Below are positions 1-11,690 of a stretch of 64,000 nucleotides of DNA, one piece after another. Positions within the stretch are counted from its first letter, which is position 1, and every line of letters begins with the position of its first letter. The translations under genes and the position numbers were made by a program. Source of the stretch: Podarcis filfolensis (taxonomy: Eukaryota); assembly GCA_964270895.1 (NCBI GenBank), contig OZ185439.1; one strand, 5' to 3'. Below the pieces are notes generated by a model that had not been told where the DNA came from, did not search any database, and saw only the letters and a program-made list of their open reading frames with translations.

Positions 1-1562
1 CCAAAAAAATCTAATTCAAACTCTGCCTTTGTTTTCTGACTGACACTGAGTTGCTGGAGGGACACCCCACCCATTTGCCACCTGGTGCAAAGCCTTTGCT
101 TTGCTTTCTTAGTGGCTCATCACCTTTCCTTTGTTTTTTTAATGGTTCATCTCCCAGGCAATTATCTCATCAGGAAACTGGCCTAGATCATATTTTAACA
201 ATTGCTGAATCCAGGGGTTCAAGAATTTAGGGGAGACTGGCATGCACAAACTCATAGCTCTCTCTCTCTCTCTGTGCTCACTGCTCTATTACAAGAATTA
301 TACCAGTGACCTGAACCAAGCCATAGTGCCTATGACATTATAAGTGATGAGCAAAGCAATTGTTATTGCTGTTAGGGGAAGTCTACAGTTCAGTGTTAGA
401 ATACATGCTCTGTGTGCATTAGATCCCAGGTTCAATCCCTTGCAGTAGCAGACAGTGTAGTGGGTCACCACTGCTCTGGTCAGCAACATTGCTGCTGCTT
501 ACTGAGAGGTAGAGGGGGAGGGCTGAGTCTGCAAGGAAGTTGGCGTGGTGCAAATGCACCAGTGGGAGTGCTGGATTGGCTCTGCCAGTGTATTAGCACC
601 ACACCAACCCTGCTATCTCTTCATCCATTCCTCCCTACCTCCTGGTAAGCAACAGCAATGGGACCAACTGGCGGTCAAGTGTCATCCGCATCCCAGACTG
701 TCCACTACTGATCCATAGCATCTTCAGGTAGTGGCAAGAAAGATACATGTTCAAAACCCTAAAAAGCCACTGCTTGTTGAAATGCAGGCAAGACTGAGCT
801 AAACAGATCAATGGATTCAGTAAAACGCAACTTCCTATTATTGTAGTAGACCTTTAAAAGCAAAATGCATTCCCACTACATGAGTGTAACTCTACAAAAA
901 CTCAGAAGTACTACCCCTCTCCTTGTACGGCACGAAACTACCACTATTTTATAGATCTTTGGCTTTTTAAAAGAAAATGTATTAAATTCATTTAAAGTTA
1001 TGTGTTCTCCTGTTCTAGCACTAAAATATACATCTGCTTTCATTTTTTTAATATAAAAAGGAGCAGCCAGTATTTCAACAATTCTCGTTGCAGTATGACT
1101 AAACTCCGATACCCATCTGTTACATCTGAACAACATGGTATTGTGCCAGAAGTTTGAATCAAAGTTGTGAAACTACAGCTGGGGCACACTATAATTATCA
1201 GGAAAGAACCTGTGCTTCCTTTTGTGCTCAGATTACATTCCTGGTTTCAGTTTTTAGACACACACAATTTTCAGGTTACTTGTTGCAAGCAAGTCCTATG
1301 GAAAATGTTACTTTGCAAGTAGCTCTGCCATTGTCTGATGATTCCAAAAGGTGACATTTTCAATAAAATTATGAGTTGCTCATTTCAAGAACTGACAATC
1401 TCCAAGATGAAGGTAATTCTTATGAAAAATACATTTTTATACTGTAGAAATAGGGGAGGGGACAGCACTTCTTTGCAAACTCAATGAGATGTAATTAGAA
1501 TCTATAGTATGAAAGAACTGCAATCTCGTTATGCCACATCTACGTATTTTAGCACTAGGTAT

Positions 1563-1753
1563 GGTAAAAGGTAAAGGGCCCCTGGATGGTTAAGTCCAAT
1601 CAAAGGTGACTATGGGGCGCGGCACTCATCTCGCTTTTCAGGCTGAGGGAGCCGGCGTTTGTCCACAGACAGCTTTCCGGGTCATGTGGCCAGGATGACT
1701 AAATCGCCACTGATGCAAGTGACGAGTGCCAGAGAGCACAGAAACGCCGTTTA
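1563..1753 (-). mobile_element. Sauria SINE (Squam1), 5'-truncated
   Basis: Reverse-complement SINE tail ggtaaaaggtaaagggcccctgg followed by body motifs ctcatctcgct, gggagccggcg and ccgggtcatgtggccag, shared with the other copies in the window. Confidence 0.8.
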
Positions 1754-2902
1754 GCACCACATATATTACATAAGTGATGCAAAACCGTATTTGACAGCTA
1801 TGGTTGGATTGCTATTCTCTTCATTATGACAGATACACTGGCCCCTGTCTGCATGTAATGAGAAACCATGGTTTATTGTTAAGAGAATAAGATTCAGGCT
1901 TTGGTGCTCACCTATATCCTCCACAATGCCCATGAGTTCATTCCTAACCTTGCAGTCACCCTAAGCCACCTCAGCTCATCCAGTAACTGCAAAGATGTCA
2001 GTGTTGGGAAGGTGGCTCCACAGCTCCAACACACCACACTGGCAATTACTGGAAGATGGGAAACGTCGTGTTCCACAGTGAGACACAGCTTAGTGTTGTG
2101 TCAGAGCAGTAAATGGTGGGTAATCTTCACCATGGTTAAGAAATGCCTGTGGTGATGAAGCGATTTCCTTAGCACTACACAGAATTCCTCCCAATGTTTT
2201 TTTTTTTGTTTGTTTATCATTCAAGTCATTTCTGCATCACTTAAAATATAAAAAATGCCTCAAAGCAACAAATGGAAACATCAAGTGGAAACAGTGCAGC
2301 AAATGTTACAAAGCCCCACTGAATTCAAGAGGACTTACTTCTGAGACATGGCCAGCAAGCACACATGAAAACAGGAATGTGAGCCTAATTTTTTCTTTTT
2401 GTTGGCCAATCTGGGAAAGTTACAAGACATAAACAAACACCACATGTGCAGATATGTGATATTAATAACATTCACTAATCACCAAAGCTATTATTCATTT
2501 TTCTTCATTCCTTGGTATTTTTGGGATTTTCCTTTGTCCTGCTATTTCAACATTTACAATTAATCAACATTATTCCTACAGTAGTAAAACTAATTGTTCT
2601 GGGAATGACTCACTGGGAAATTCTGAGGGCAAGTGATTTTAGAAATGCCATAGAAGGCATCTTTTTATGTTTACATTTGATGGCTGGACCACGTTGTCAA
2701 ATCTGTGCAAAATGCAAAACTTTGTCTGCTTAACTTTCTCTCAGGTGTTCACCCACACTAAAACCTACTGTACACTAGAGCCTGCTGTACCTGCCGAGAC
2801 TATCACTTTGCAAAATCAGAACTGCAAGTGATGGGGAAGCTGTCCAAGATCTGGAATTAGTAAAATGCCCAAACGAGGGAGAAATGAATCTCAACAGAGA
2901 TA

Positions 2903-3117
2903 CAGTGGTACCTCGGGTTAAGAACTTAATTCATTCTGGAGGTCCGTTCTTAACCTGAAACTGTTCTTAACCTGAGGTACCACTTTAGCTAATGGGGCCT
3001 CCCGCTGCCGTCATGCAATTTCTGTTCTCATCCTGAAGTAAAGTTCTTAACCCAAGGTACTATTTCTGGGTTAGCGGAGTCTGTAACCTGAAGCGTCTGT
3101 AACCCAAAGTACCACTG
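2903..3117. mobile_element. Tc1/mariner (Tigger-like) MITE
   Basis: TIRs cagtggtacctc / aagtaccactg with TA flanks on both sides. Same family as 36334-36551 and 53073-53297, opposite orientation. Confidence 0.88.
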
Positions 3118-4243
3118 TATATGAAAGAATAAAGGAATTCCTGTGGGACCAAAACCCAAGATTCAACAGGCCTAGAAAAAACTGCATTGCACATTTGTGT
3201 GGGCAAGACCCATCATGATAGGTAGGCCATCAATATGGTGTTTGCAGGTATGCATCATGTACCCCCAAAGAATTTCCCTACCACCGACAAGGTCTCATTG
3301 TCCCATGCTTCTCACTTTGCTGAAATTAGGCTTTCTGTTGTAGCAAATAAAATCATTTTTTCAACCTTAATAGTGGTTTGCGGGGGGGTGGGGAATACAA
3401 GTGGGAAAGGGAGAGTTAATCACTGTATGCAGGGCATTTCTGGTTGTGTGGCTATGATGTATCACACATTCGTAACTGTGTTCACACACACACACACCGC
3501 AAGTTGGCAACCATGCCTTAATATTTTGCGATGAGCACCAAAATGCTGAAACACCAGGCCATATCATTGTTCAACATGATGTTTGTCCTTCTAAATTTAA
3601 ATCTGCAGAGGCCACTGTTAATGTCAGCGCATCCATCAGATCACAGAAAAGTAATGTGGGACGTCAGTTCCTCAAGTGACCACATTGCTTATGCTGTCTA
3701 TTCTTTCCCAGCGTCACTGTAGGCAGTTTTGTAAGGAAGGCGGGTTGCTTTTCCTAGAAAATTCCATACTGGCCAACCAACAACTCTTTTATAATTCAGC
3801 CCCCAGCCAAATCACTGTGTTGTGGAAGGTATGAGTTAAGAGTCTAATCTCTGCTTTCAGGATGACTGAAAATCAATGTGAGTGACAGTTTTGTATCCTT
3901 TTTTCACAGGTGATTATGTGTCTCTCCTCAACGAAGTTTGCAGAACTGGAAAAGCACGCTACACCCTGACAGTTCCTCTTTTCTTCTGTCTTTATTTTTT
4001 GAGTCACTGGAACTTCCTGAGCTAAAATACACACCAAATAACTGTGACCTAGATTCTTTTTCTCACCAAGGCTGGCATAACCCGTTAGGTCACCTGGGGA
4101 AGTGGAAGCACTGATATTAGCAAAAGGAAATAAGAAATGAAACCCACTTCTCTCTGAAGGTTAACATTCAGGAGCGACATTTCAAAATGAAGCACTGAAA
4201 GTTCAAAACACCAAATTTATAGAGAGAGAAGCATGTCATAGAG

Positions 4244-4748
4244 CAGTATCAGCCAATATGATGCCCTCCAGATGTTTAAGATGACCACTCCCATCGAGAT
4301 AAGGACAATAGAGATTTTAAGAAAGACTGGGAACCATTTATGTTATATCTACAGAAAAAATGTAAAGATCTGGACTCACTAGCAGGTTTTGACTAAACAC
4401 TTACAATCAACAAAATTCAATACAGGAATCATAAGGATGATGTGATATAAGAAGAGCATAATGATAATTAAGTTGAAGATTGTTAAATTAAGATATGTTA
4501 AAGTAAGCAGGAGAAGTGAAGATGCAAAATAATCCAGTAGAGGAAGTTGAGGGAAGTTGCGGGGGGCAGGGATTCAGGAATTGGGTTTTTATGTTTTGTG
4601 TGATTTGATATGTTATTTGTATGTTTAAAATGAAAAATGAAAAAAAAAGACTACCACTCCCATCAGCCCTGGCTACCATGGTCAATGGTCAGAGTTGATG
4701 GGAGTTGTAGGCCAGCAATATATGGAGGGCACCACATTGGAGAGAGCT
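4244..4748. mobile_element. Palindromic non-autonomous DNA transposon (hAT-like MITE) split by an L1 fragment
   Basis: Arms ccctccagatg...actcccatc and gatgggagttgtag...tggaggg are inverted. Same family motifs as 19849-19982. Ends are approximate. Confidence 0.6.
4296..4648 (+). mobile_element. L1 3' fragment (ORF2 tip, 3'UTR, polyA)
   Basis: Reads RDKDNRDFKKDWEPFMLYLQKKCKDLDSLAGFD*, then an AT/G-rich UTR and an A-run. TSD gatgaccactcccatc (4280-4295) / gactaccactcccatc (4649-4664). Confidence 0.75.
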
Positions 4749-5999
4749 CACTGCCAGTTTGGAACTGCTAATGATTAAAAAACAAACACCTCATGTTTAA
4801 ATTTTAAATTTATTATTTTAAATTAAACTAATTATAATTTAATTTGCTGAACTCTGCATCCTGTAATTCAGTAGTGGGGAACCTTTAGGGCCAGATGCAG
4901 AAGTGGGCGACTTTTACCATGCAAAAGCCAGAGATTTCTTTACCCCCACCCCACCATCCTCTTGGTCCTAGGCAAGAAAAAGGCACAATCATAGCTCAAA
5001 GAGAGATTTCAGCCAGCCAAAGCAGTCGAGGAGAGTGTGGTCTGTGGGAAGGGCTGTGGTCTGGGGAGAGTCTTGAAGGCCAGAGAGAGAGCATGGAGGG
5101 CCGCGTTTAATTCCCAGGCTTGAGTCCCACCCCCCACTCCATCCAGCTGTAATTACAGTTTTTAGCTCCTATCCTATATATTTATTATTAAGTCACCATA
5201 AATTACTGGACTTTGATCCCTGGACTCACAAGGACACTCCATTTTCTGCATTTCAAACACATGTGTGGTTTTCTACGTTTTGATGCTTGCTTTCAGCATC
5301 CCTGAGAGGAATAAGTTTGCTGCTGATTTGCCAGAATATCCTCTGGTTGTGCTGACTTGATATTTGCTCTCACTGAGCTCATTAAGCTAACAAGGATTAT
5401 TTAAGGAATACAAATTATCTGCATTTGTAGAGAGAGGGTAAACAGGCTTACCTAACTGGTGCATCTGACACGGGGTGCCTCCAGACTGTCACAATTTTGC
5501 AGGAGGGAGCCTAGAGTATGAGTTTGTGCAGTTAAAGTGGATCAAAGGGCTCTTCCGTCCTAGTGCAACAAATCCACATTAAAAAAAGAATCAGCCTTTT
5601 TGTGATTTGAAAAATGATGGGCACTAAAACTTCCCCACAAGCAAATCAGAATGAATGGTCACTAAAGACCAGATATAATATAAACGCCACATAAGCTTTG
5701 TGCAAGCAAATCAGGATGAATGCTGAGTAAACAGGTCTTCTGGGTGGTCTCATGGCCTCTTTAAAGAGACCTGCTGTTTACCAGAAGCCACCAAATCACT
5801 GCACCTCCAACTCACATCCAACAGAACTGGTCCAGCAAGTTACTGTGGTAGATAGCATCAAAAGCTGCTGAAAATTAAGGAAGAGCAACAGGGCTTCTGT
5901 TGCACCTTTTCAAATAAAGGTCATTAAGGACATTTTAGTTTGACATTTTAGTCAAACTAGGTTGGGACCCAAACTGAAATTGGTTTAGATAATCATTTC

Positions 6000-6135
6000 C
6001 AGTGTATTTTTTCTAAACAAATGTTTAGGGGTACTCTCATTTTCCTACTCATATTGAAATACTGCCCCTCAATGAGGCCAAACTTAGATTCACAAAATGT
6101 TTAGGGGTATGCGTACTCCCAGAAAGAAATCACTG
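6000..6135. mobile_element. hAT MITE
   Basis: cagtg...cactg termini with perfect 8-bp TSD atcatttc (5992-5999, 6136-6143). Internal agattcacaaaatgtttaggggta is shared with 41204-41377. Confidence 0.85.
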
Positions 6136-6850
6136 ATCATTTCCAACCAAAAGCATCTGAAGTTAGACAGCAGCCAACCACCCACTTGAAGCAAAGCTAG
6201 CAATCGTACAGTAGTTATCCCAGATGTCTGGGTCCAAGGTGGGTTTGGTAAGCAGCAAGTGCACCACAGTCTCTTTAATGCCCAGGGGCGTCCCTCCTGT
6301 CTATAAATATGTATATGGACACACCCAATAATTTCCCCTCATCTAGGCCATATAAATCAACAAGAACCAAAAGGGTGTGGCTGGCCTCAAACGTCTTATC
6401 CATGTCCTCAGGCTGCAATAGCTGAAAAACATCCCACAACTTCTAATGCGATGGTACTTTGGACGCCACTGCAGATGTGCTAGCCAGTGAATCAAATGCT
6501 GATTCAGTGGTTGGTCATGTACTTCCCCTGCATCCTTCAGTTCAAGAGCCCAATTATTTTCTCATTCAATTGAATGTTGGTTGGCCAGCTTGGTTTTCTT
6601 TTTTTTAAAAAGCACACAAGATAATACATCTTTAGAAACTTTAAGTTGCTCCAGGGAGGAATGGTGAGTTCATCACCCAGAGGCACAGACTAGTCATTGC
6701 ATACATGGCTGACTTTTGCTGGAAACAGGTAGAACTAGTTATCTTAAGCTTGAACCTGAAGAGGAGGTTGTTTGTGTGAACAAAATGCAGCGAGTGTGCA
6801 AACAGAGGAACACTTCTGCTCATTTTATATGCATTCTTATGCAGCCTAGT

Positions 6851-7554
6851 TGTCAGGGACTGGCTGGATACCAATGAGTGGGCAGCGGGGGAAGGGGGAC
6901 TGAACACTGACTTGGAAGAAGGGATCGGTGAACTGTGGGAGCCTGTAACAGACGGGACTTCATCGAAGGTCAGACAAAGGAGAAGCTGCAGGATTGGAGG
7001 GAGCGATTGGTCAGGTCCTGCTCCTTTGTCTCCCAAGACCAGAAGAGGATTGAAGCAGGAGGAACAGAAACAGGTTACACGCAGGCGGACTCTTTGCCCG
7101 CTTGCACACAGCTCAGATTGGGGAGATACATAAGCCAAGGTCAGGGGCGGAGCCTCTCTACTGCGCCAACTGCCTCATTGGTGCACACCTAGGAGTAACT
7201 GAGAGATGATCCTGGAAGGAAGAACAGCAAAAGAGGCTTGAGCCAAGGAGTCAGCCTCTTTTCTTTTGGCCTTAGGCCCACCCCCGGCCGGCCGTCCATT
7301 GTCCTCCCTGGCTGAGGGCGGGTCAAAGGCAGGCTCAAGCAGGTGGGTGGCACCCGCCCAGGTGAGCCCCGCTCAGTGTCGCAAACCCCACCCACCTGTG
7401 GGGAAGGGAGGGCGGATATTGGTGCACACCTAGGAGTAGCTGAGAGATGTAGGACTGGTGGACATGGATTCTCCTAACTTGTAAGTGTACTTTTGACAAT
7501 AAAGAATTGATTCCTCCCTCTGGACATTCCGTACTTGGCAGTACCACAGTGACA
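6851..7554 (+). mobile_element. Solo LTR (ERV/Gypsy-type)
   Basis: tgtca...tgaca termini, perfect 5-bp TSD ctagt (6846-6850, 7555-7559), TATA-like tacataag near 7126 and aataaa at 7498-7503. Homologous to the 53671-54871 copy. Confidence 0.85.
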
Positions 7555-7616
7555 CTAGTTTTTCCATCAGTGATAAGATAATCATTTTGTATCCTCAGAT
7601 CTACTAAAAGTTTGTA

Positions 7617-7834
7617 CAGTGGTATCTTGGTTACCATATGTTTTGGATTACAAACACGTCAAATCCGGAAGGGCGTGTCCCAGTTTGCAACCTTTCTTTG
7701 GATTACAACCCATTTTTTGGGATTACAAACAATTTTTGGGGGGAGGCCCCATTGGCGAAAGCGCGCTGTGGGTTACAACCTGCTTTGGTTTACAAACGGA
7801 CCTCCGGAATGGATTGTAAACCAAGGTACCACTG
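7617..7834. mobile_element. Tc1/mariner MITE (second family)
   Basis: TIRs cagtggtatcttggtt / aaccaaggtaccactg with TA TSD. Confidence 0.85.
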
Positions 7835-9369
7835 TAATTGGTTAGCACTATGCATAAGAGGTTGGTAGATGTTGTTTCTATATTAGCAGAACCCATAAGG
7901 CTTTGGATTCTGCTTTCCATAAAGCTCACACCCTTTTTGAAAAACCTGTGCACACATCTTTTCACAACACATTCAAAAAGCATAGCAAGAGTCAGTTCTG
8001 AAATACTTTTCTTACTGTCAGATTTTAGACCCACTAAGACTAAGACTATGCATTGTTCCATCTTGGGCGTGCTGCTGACCTCCGGAATGTCATGTATTCA
8101 ATTTGAGCCAAGGTCCTTATTGCAATCACCCTGCTTAGGAAGCACCTTCCAGCTCCTGCTTTCTGGGAATGCTCCCAGTGTGGCCCTGTGCGGGAGAAAT
8201 TTGGGTATCTCATCTGCCACAACTTCTTAAAAACAGAGATTAATAGCTTGCTACAAATCCTACCCTAGCGGCAGTATTAAATTTGGAACTGAAGAGCTTC
8301 TAAGCTTCACATTATTATCACACTCTGCCACTCAGTCTTTAGCATTAAAGACTCTGATAAAAGTTAATCGCTTATAGCGTAACATATCCACCCGAAAGCA
8401 AGATGATATCCTGATGAATCATCAGCATGCTTTGGTCACAGTGACCTGAAGAGGTTAATGGGTCCCCATGATCCAATCAATGCTTAGCCCCAACTTCCAG
8501 CCCTAATTCCAAATGGTATTCTATGTGAAATGGAAGCCTTCTCTGAGATAAGGCCCTTTAAAACACTTTAAAGGCTATATAATCTACTGGAAGTACTTAG
8601 TGGATAGAAGGCCTCATTATTATACTTCTCCAGGTAAAGCTAAGATGGGGAGTGGGAAGTATGATGATGCAGAGAGACATCACTCTCAAACAACCCTCTA
8701 GGTACAACATAGCACCTTATGGCAAAAAATACAATTTTTTTCCTATTAGCTGCTCTTCAATAAGAAACTATGTGGATGTGTAAACAGGCAAAACCTCCCC
8801 AAATTCAGACGTACAGGAAAGATTATTAGATCATGTGATTTTTCTAAGCTCTGCATAAATTTCCTTAGAGCCAAGTGCGATTTGGTGGACACTGGACTAA
8901 GGAAAGCTTTGTTCAGATTTTAGTTCAAATGGTGGACCCGCTAAAAAAGGAAAGAGGAGGCAAAGCATAAATTATCCAGGCTTGTACAAACCTATCAAGC
9001 ACAATTCCTGGTGTGCTTTGAGGAACTGCCAGGAGAAAACAGGAAGATTCATGTGATTGGTGCCCTTTAGGCAGTAACAACCAGCATGGCACGACTACAG
9101 AGCCAGGGTCACTACAGCTTACCTGCATGATCCTAGGGGTGGGACAGGGTGGCAGGGGTTTGGGGTTGCACAGACAGATCGGCAGGAGCACCAGGTTGGC
9201 TCAGTGCGTCGCTGACCTCATCAATACCTTGCCCCACCCCTTCACCATCCAGGTAAACTGGAGCAGTGTCAGGAGGTTGGCTTCACGCCATGACATCAGG
9301 CTGCCATTAGCTCATTTTAATTGCCTTTGTTTAAACTTGTGTCTCTGGCCTCCTGGTTTGTATTTGTAT

Positions 9370-9714
9370 GGCAGGTGGCACTGTGGGTTAAACCACAGAG
9401 CCTAGGGCTTGCCGATCAGAAGGTCAGCGGATCGAATCCCCGTGACAGGATGAGCTCCCTTTGCTCGGTCCCTTCTCCTGCCCACCTAGGAGTTCGAAAG
9501 CATGACGTGCAAGTAGATAAATAGGTACCGCTCCGGCGGGAAGGTAAACGGCATTTCCGTGCGCTGCTCTGGTTCGCCAGAAGCGGCTTAGTCATGCTGG
9601 CCACATGACCTGGAAGCTGTACGCCGGCTCCCTCGGCCAATAAAGCAAGATGAGCGCTGCAACCCCAGAGTCGGCCACGACTGGACCTAAGGGTCAGGGG
9701 TCCCTTTACCTTTA
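9370..9714 (+). mobile_element. Sauria SINE (Squam1), near full length
   Basis: tRNA-like head with A box (tggcactgtgg) and B box (ggatcgaatcc), conserved body, and tail ggtccctttaccttta. Confidence 0.92.
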
Positions 9715-10199
9715 TGGACATTTAAAGAGACACAAGGATAAATGCCCTTTAGCCACTTTGTTTTTCTATCTACTCTTTCTCATTCACTCACAGTTGTTCT
9801 GGGATTTCTATCAGCACCACTTCCTCCTCAAGTCCTTGGGATCTTAGTCTCTCTGATTATTATCATGCTTTGCCTTTCCTCAGTCAGCTGCCACACCCTG
9901 TTCCTTCCTTCTGTCTGTGCATAACTGTGGGGCTTCTTGTTCCTCAGATGTTACTTAAGGGTCATGCATCTCTCTGCCTCTTAAGTCCTACAGAACTTGC
10001 TATATGTTTTAGGACGCAGGCTGGATTCACCATTTGGAATGTTGCTAGGGTTTTTGCCTTTGGAATAATTTTTTCTTATCAGCTCCAGCAAATCTCACAA
10101 GTTCTTAAAATATCCAGGCCGGGGCAATAATTTTGCAGGAGCATCTACAAGCATGTTCTAGAATGCAAACTTTGTGATATATTTCTCTGCCTCACACGT

Positions 10200-10487
10200 G
10201 TAGGAAAATGTCTTCTGTATTAGTAGAAAGAGTGCATAAAAAATTCACACATCACTGAAAATAACATATAAATAAGGGCAATATATTAGAATAAATTACT
10301 TGCAAAAAATGTGCATATTCAACCAAATTGCATAGATAAATCGGAAAATGCACACTAAAATGCTAATGAATTTTTGTGAGGACTTTTGTTCTTTGAAAAA
10401 CCCAACAAACCATGTGGAAATGTGGTGAATTGCATTTAAGCTTGAAAAAAATGAGAAACTGAAATTGACTGATTTATCCATTGCTCT
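10200..10487. repeat. Degenerate AT-rich squamate interspersed repeat (probable non-autonomous DNA element)
   Basis: Motifs cactaaaatgct...aaaaatgagaaactgaaattgac recalled from lizard repeats. Boundaries and class are uncertain. Confidence 0.35.
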
Positions 10488-11224
10488 GCAAGTGAAAGAT
10501 GATAAACCAGGAAAATTTAAACAATGGGCAGTTGGGCTGCTTTGCAGGTGCACTAGCCATATTTTGTTTGTCTATGCAACCTCCTCTCCAGGATTAGGGA
10601 AGTGGTGGATTCCTCAAGAGTCAATAAATTCCTTCATAAATCCTCCATAATCCTGTGGCTTTTGCACTTTTAAAAAGATGCTATAAGAGGCAAGCACTAT
10701 GAGGCTAATTCTACGGCAAAAGAATTCAGGATATGGTGGTGATCAGGTGTGACGGAGATGGAGAGGGGCTCAGCTAAATTAACTACTTCTTTTGTTGGAC
10801 CAAATGCAGCTATCTGCCTGTCATTATATCTTACGTTTTTTGTGGATTTTACACATCAGGAATTTGGCTTCAGGACCATCCATTTGCTGAGCTGACTCAC
10901 AGCCAAGTCTGCAGTGTGTGAAAGTGTGCTCATTCTCTCTGCTGAGCAGATACTGACCCTTGTTGTAGGAGGGACAAAATTCAGCTGCATGACTCACTGT
11001 CTTAAAAAAAATAATACTGTTCTTATTTTGTTACATTCATTATCTTAGGTCTTATTCTGCTTGATTCTTTGTTGTTTATTATTATTATTGCAGCGGAAGG
11101 AAAGACAAAAAGGAATGTAATTTTAGCAGCTGTCCGTCCCAATTTTATAATGTTATCCATTTGCATGAGCATTTAAGAACCAAGGCCCGTATTGCAGATA
11201 TGCTTAAAATTATAAATGCTTGCA

Positions 11225-11690
11225 AATTTGGAGATGAAGACTGAGGAGGGCATGATAGCATTCTTCAAATATCTGAAGGGCGAAGACTTGTTCTACCTTC
11301 CACTGTCAGAGGCTTCATGCTTCTGAATACCAGCTGTTGGGATTCACAGGTGGGCATTGTGCTGTTGCGCTCATATCCAGCTTGCAGGCTTCCCACTGTC
11401 ATTTGGTTGGCCACTGTGAGAACCAGATGTTGGAATCAATGGGCCATTTGCCTGATCCAGCAAGACTCTTCTTATGTTGTTCTCTGCTGCCCCAGAGGGC
11501 AGGCCTAGTTCTAATGGACTTAAGTGACAGGAAGGGAGATTTTGGTTGAACATGAGGAGAAACTTGTAAATGGTAAGGGCAGTTCAACAATGGACCCTGT
11601 TACCTGGGGCGGAGGTGTCTTCCTTGCCAAAAGTCTTCAAGCAGAGGCAGGCCAGACCTTTCTTCTGGCTGTCTTGAGCAGGGTGTAGGC
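11225..11690 (+). mobile_element. CR1 LINE 3' remnants (two layered fragments)
   Basis: RLRGDMIAxFKYLKG-like segment near 11235-11280; CR1 tail ggttggccactgtgagaac...gcctgatccagcaag...cttatgtt at about 11400-11480; further ORF2-end-like sequence to about 11690. Confidence 0.6.

Noticed and set aside
876-1136. 86-aa ORF in AT-rich non-repeat DNA
   Set aside because: No recognisable homology and no convincing splice or Kozak context.
6641-7138. 165-aa minus-strand ORF
   Set aside because: Antisense run-through of a GC-rich solo LTR, low complexity, no domain.
9370-9445. tRNA gene (A and B boxes present)
   Set aside because: It is the tRNA-derived head of a Sauria SINE followed by the SINE body. 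The same applies to the other SINE heads.
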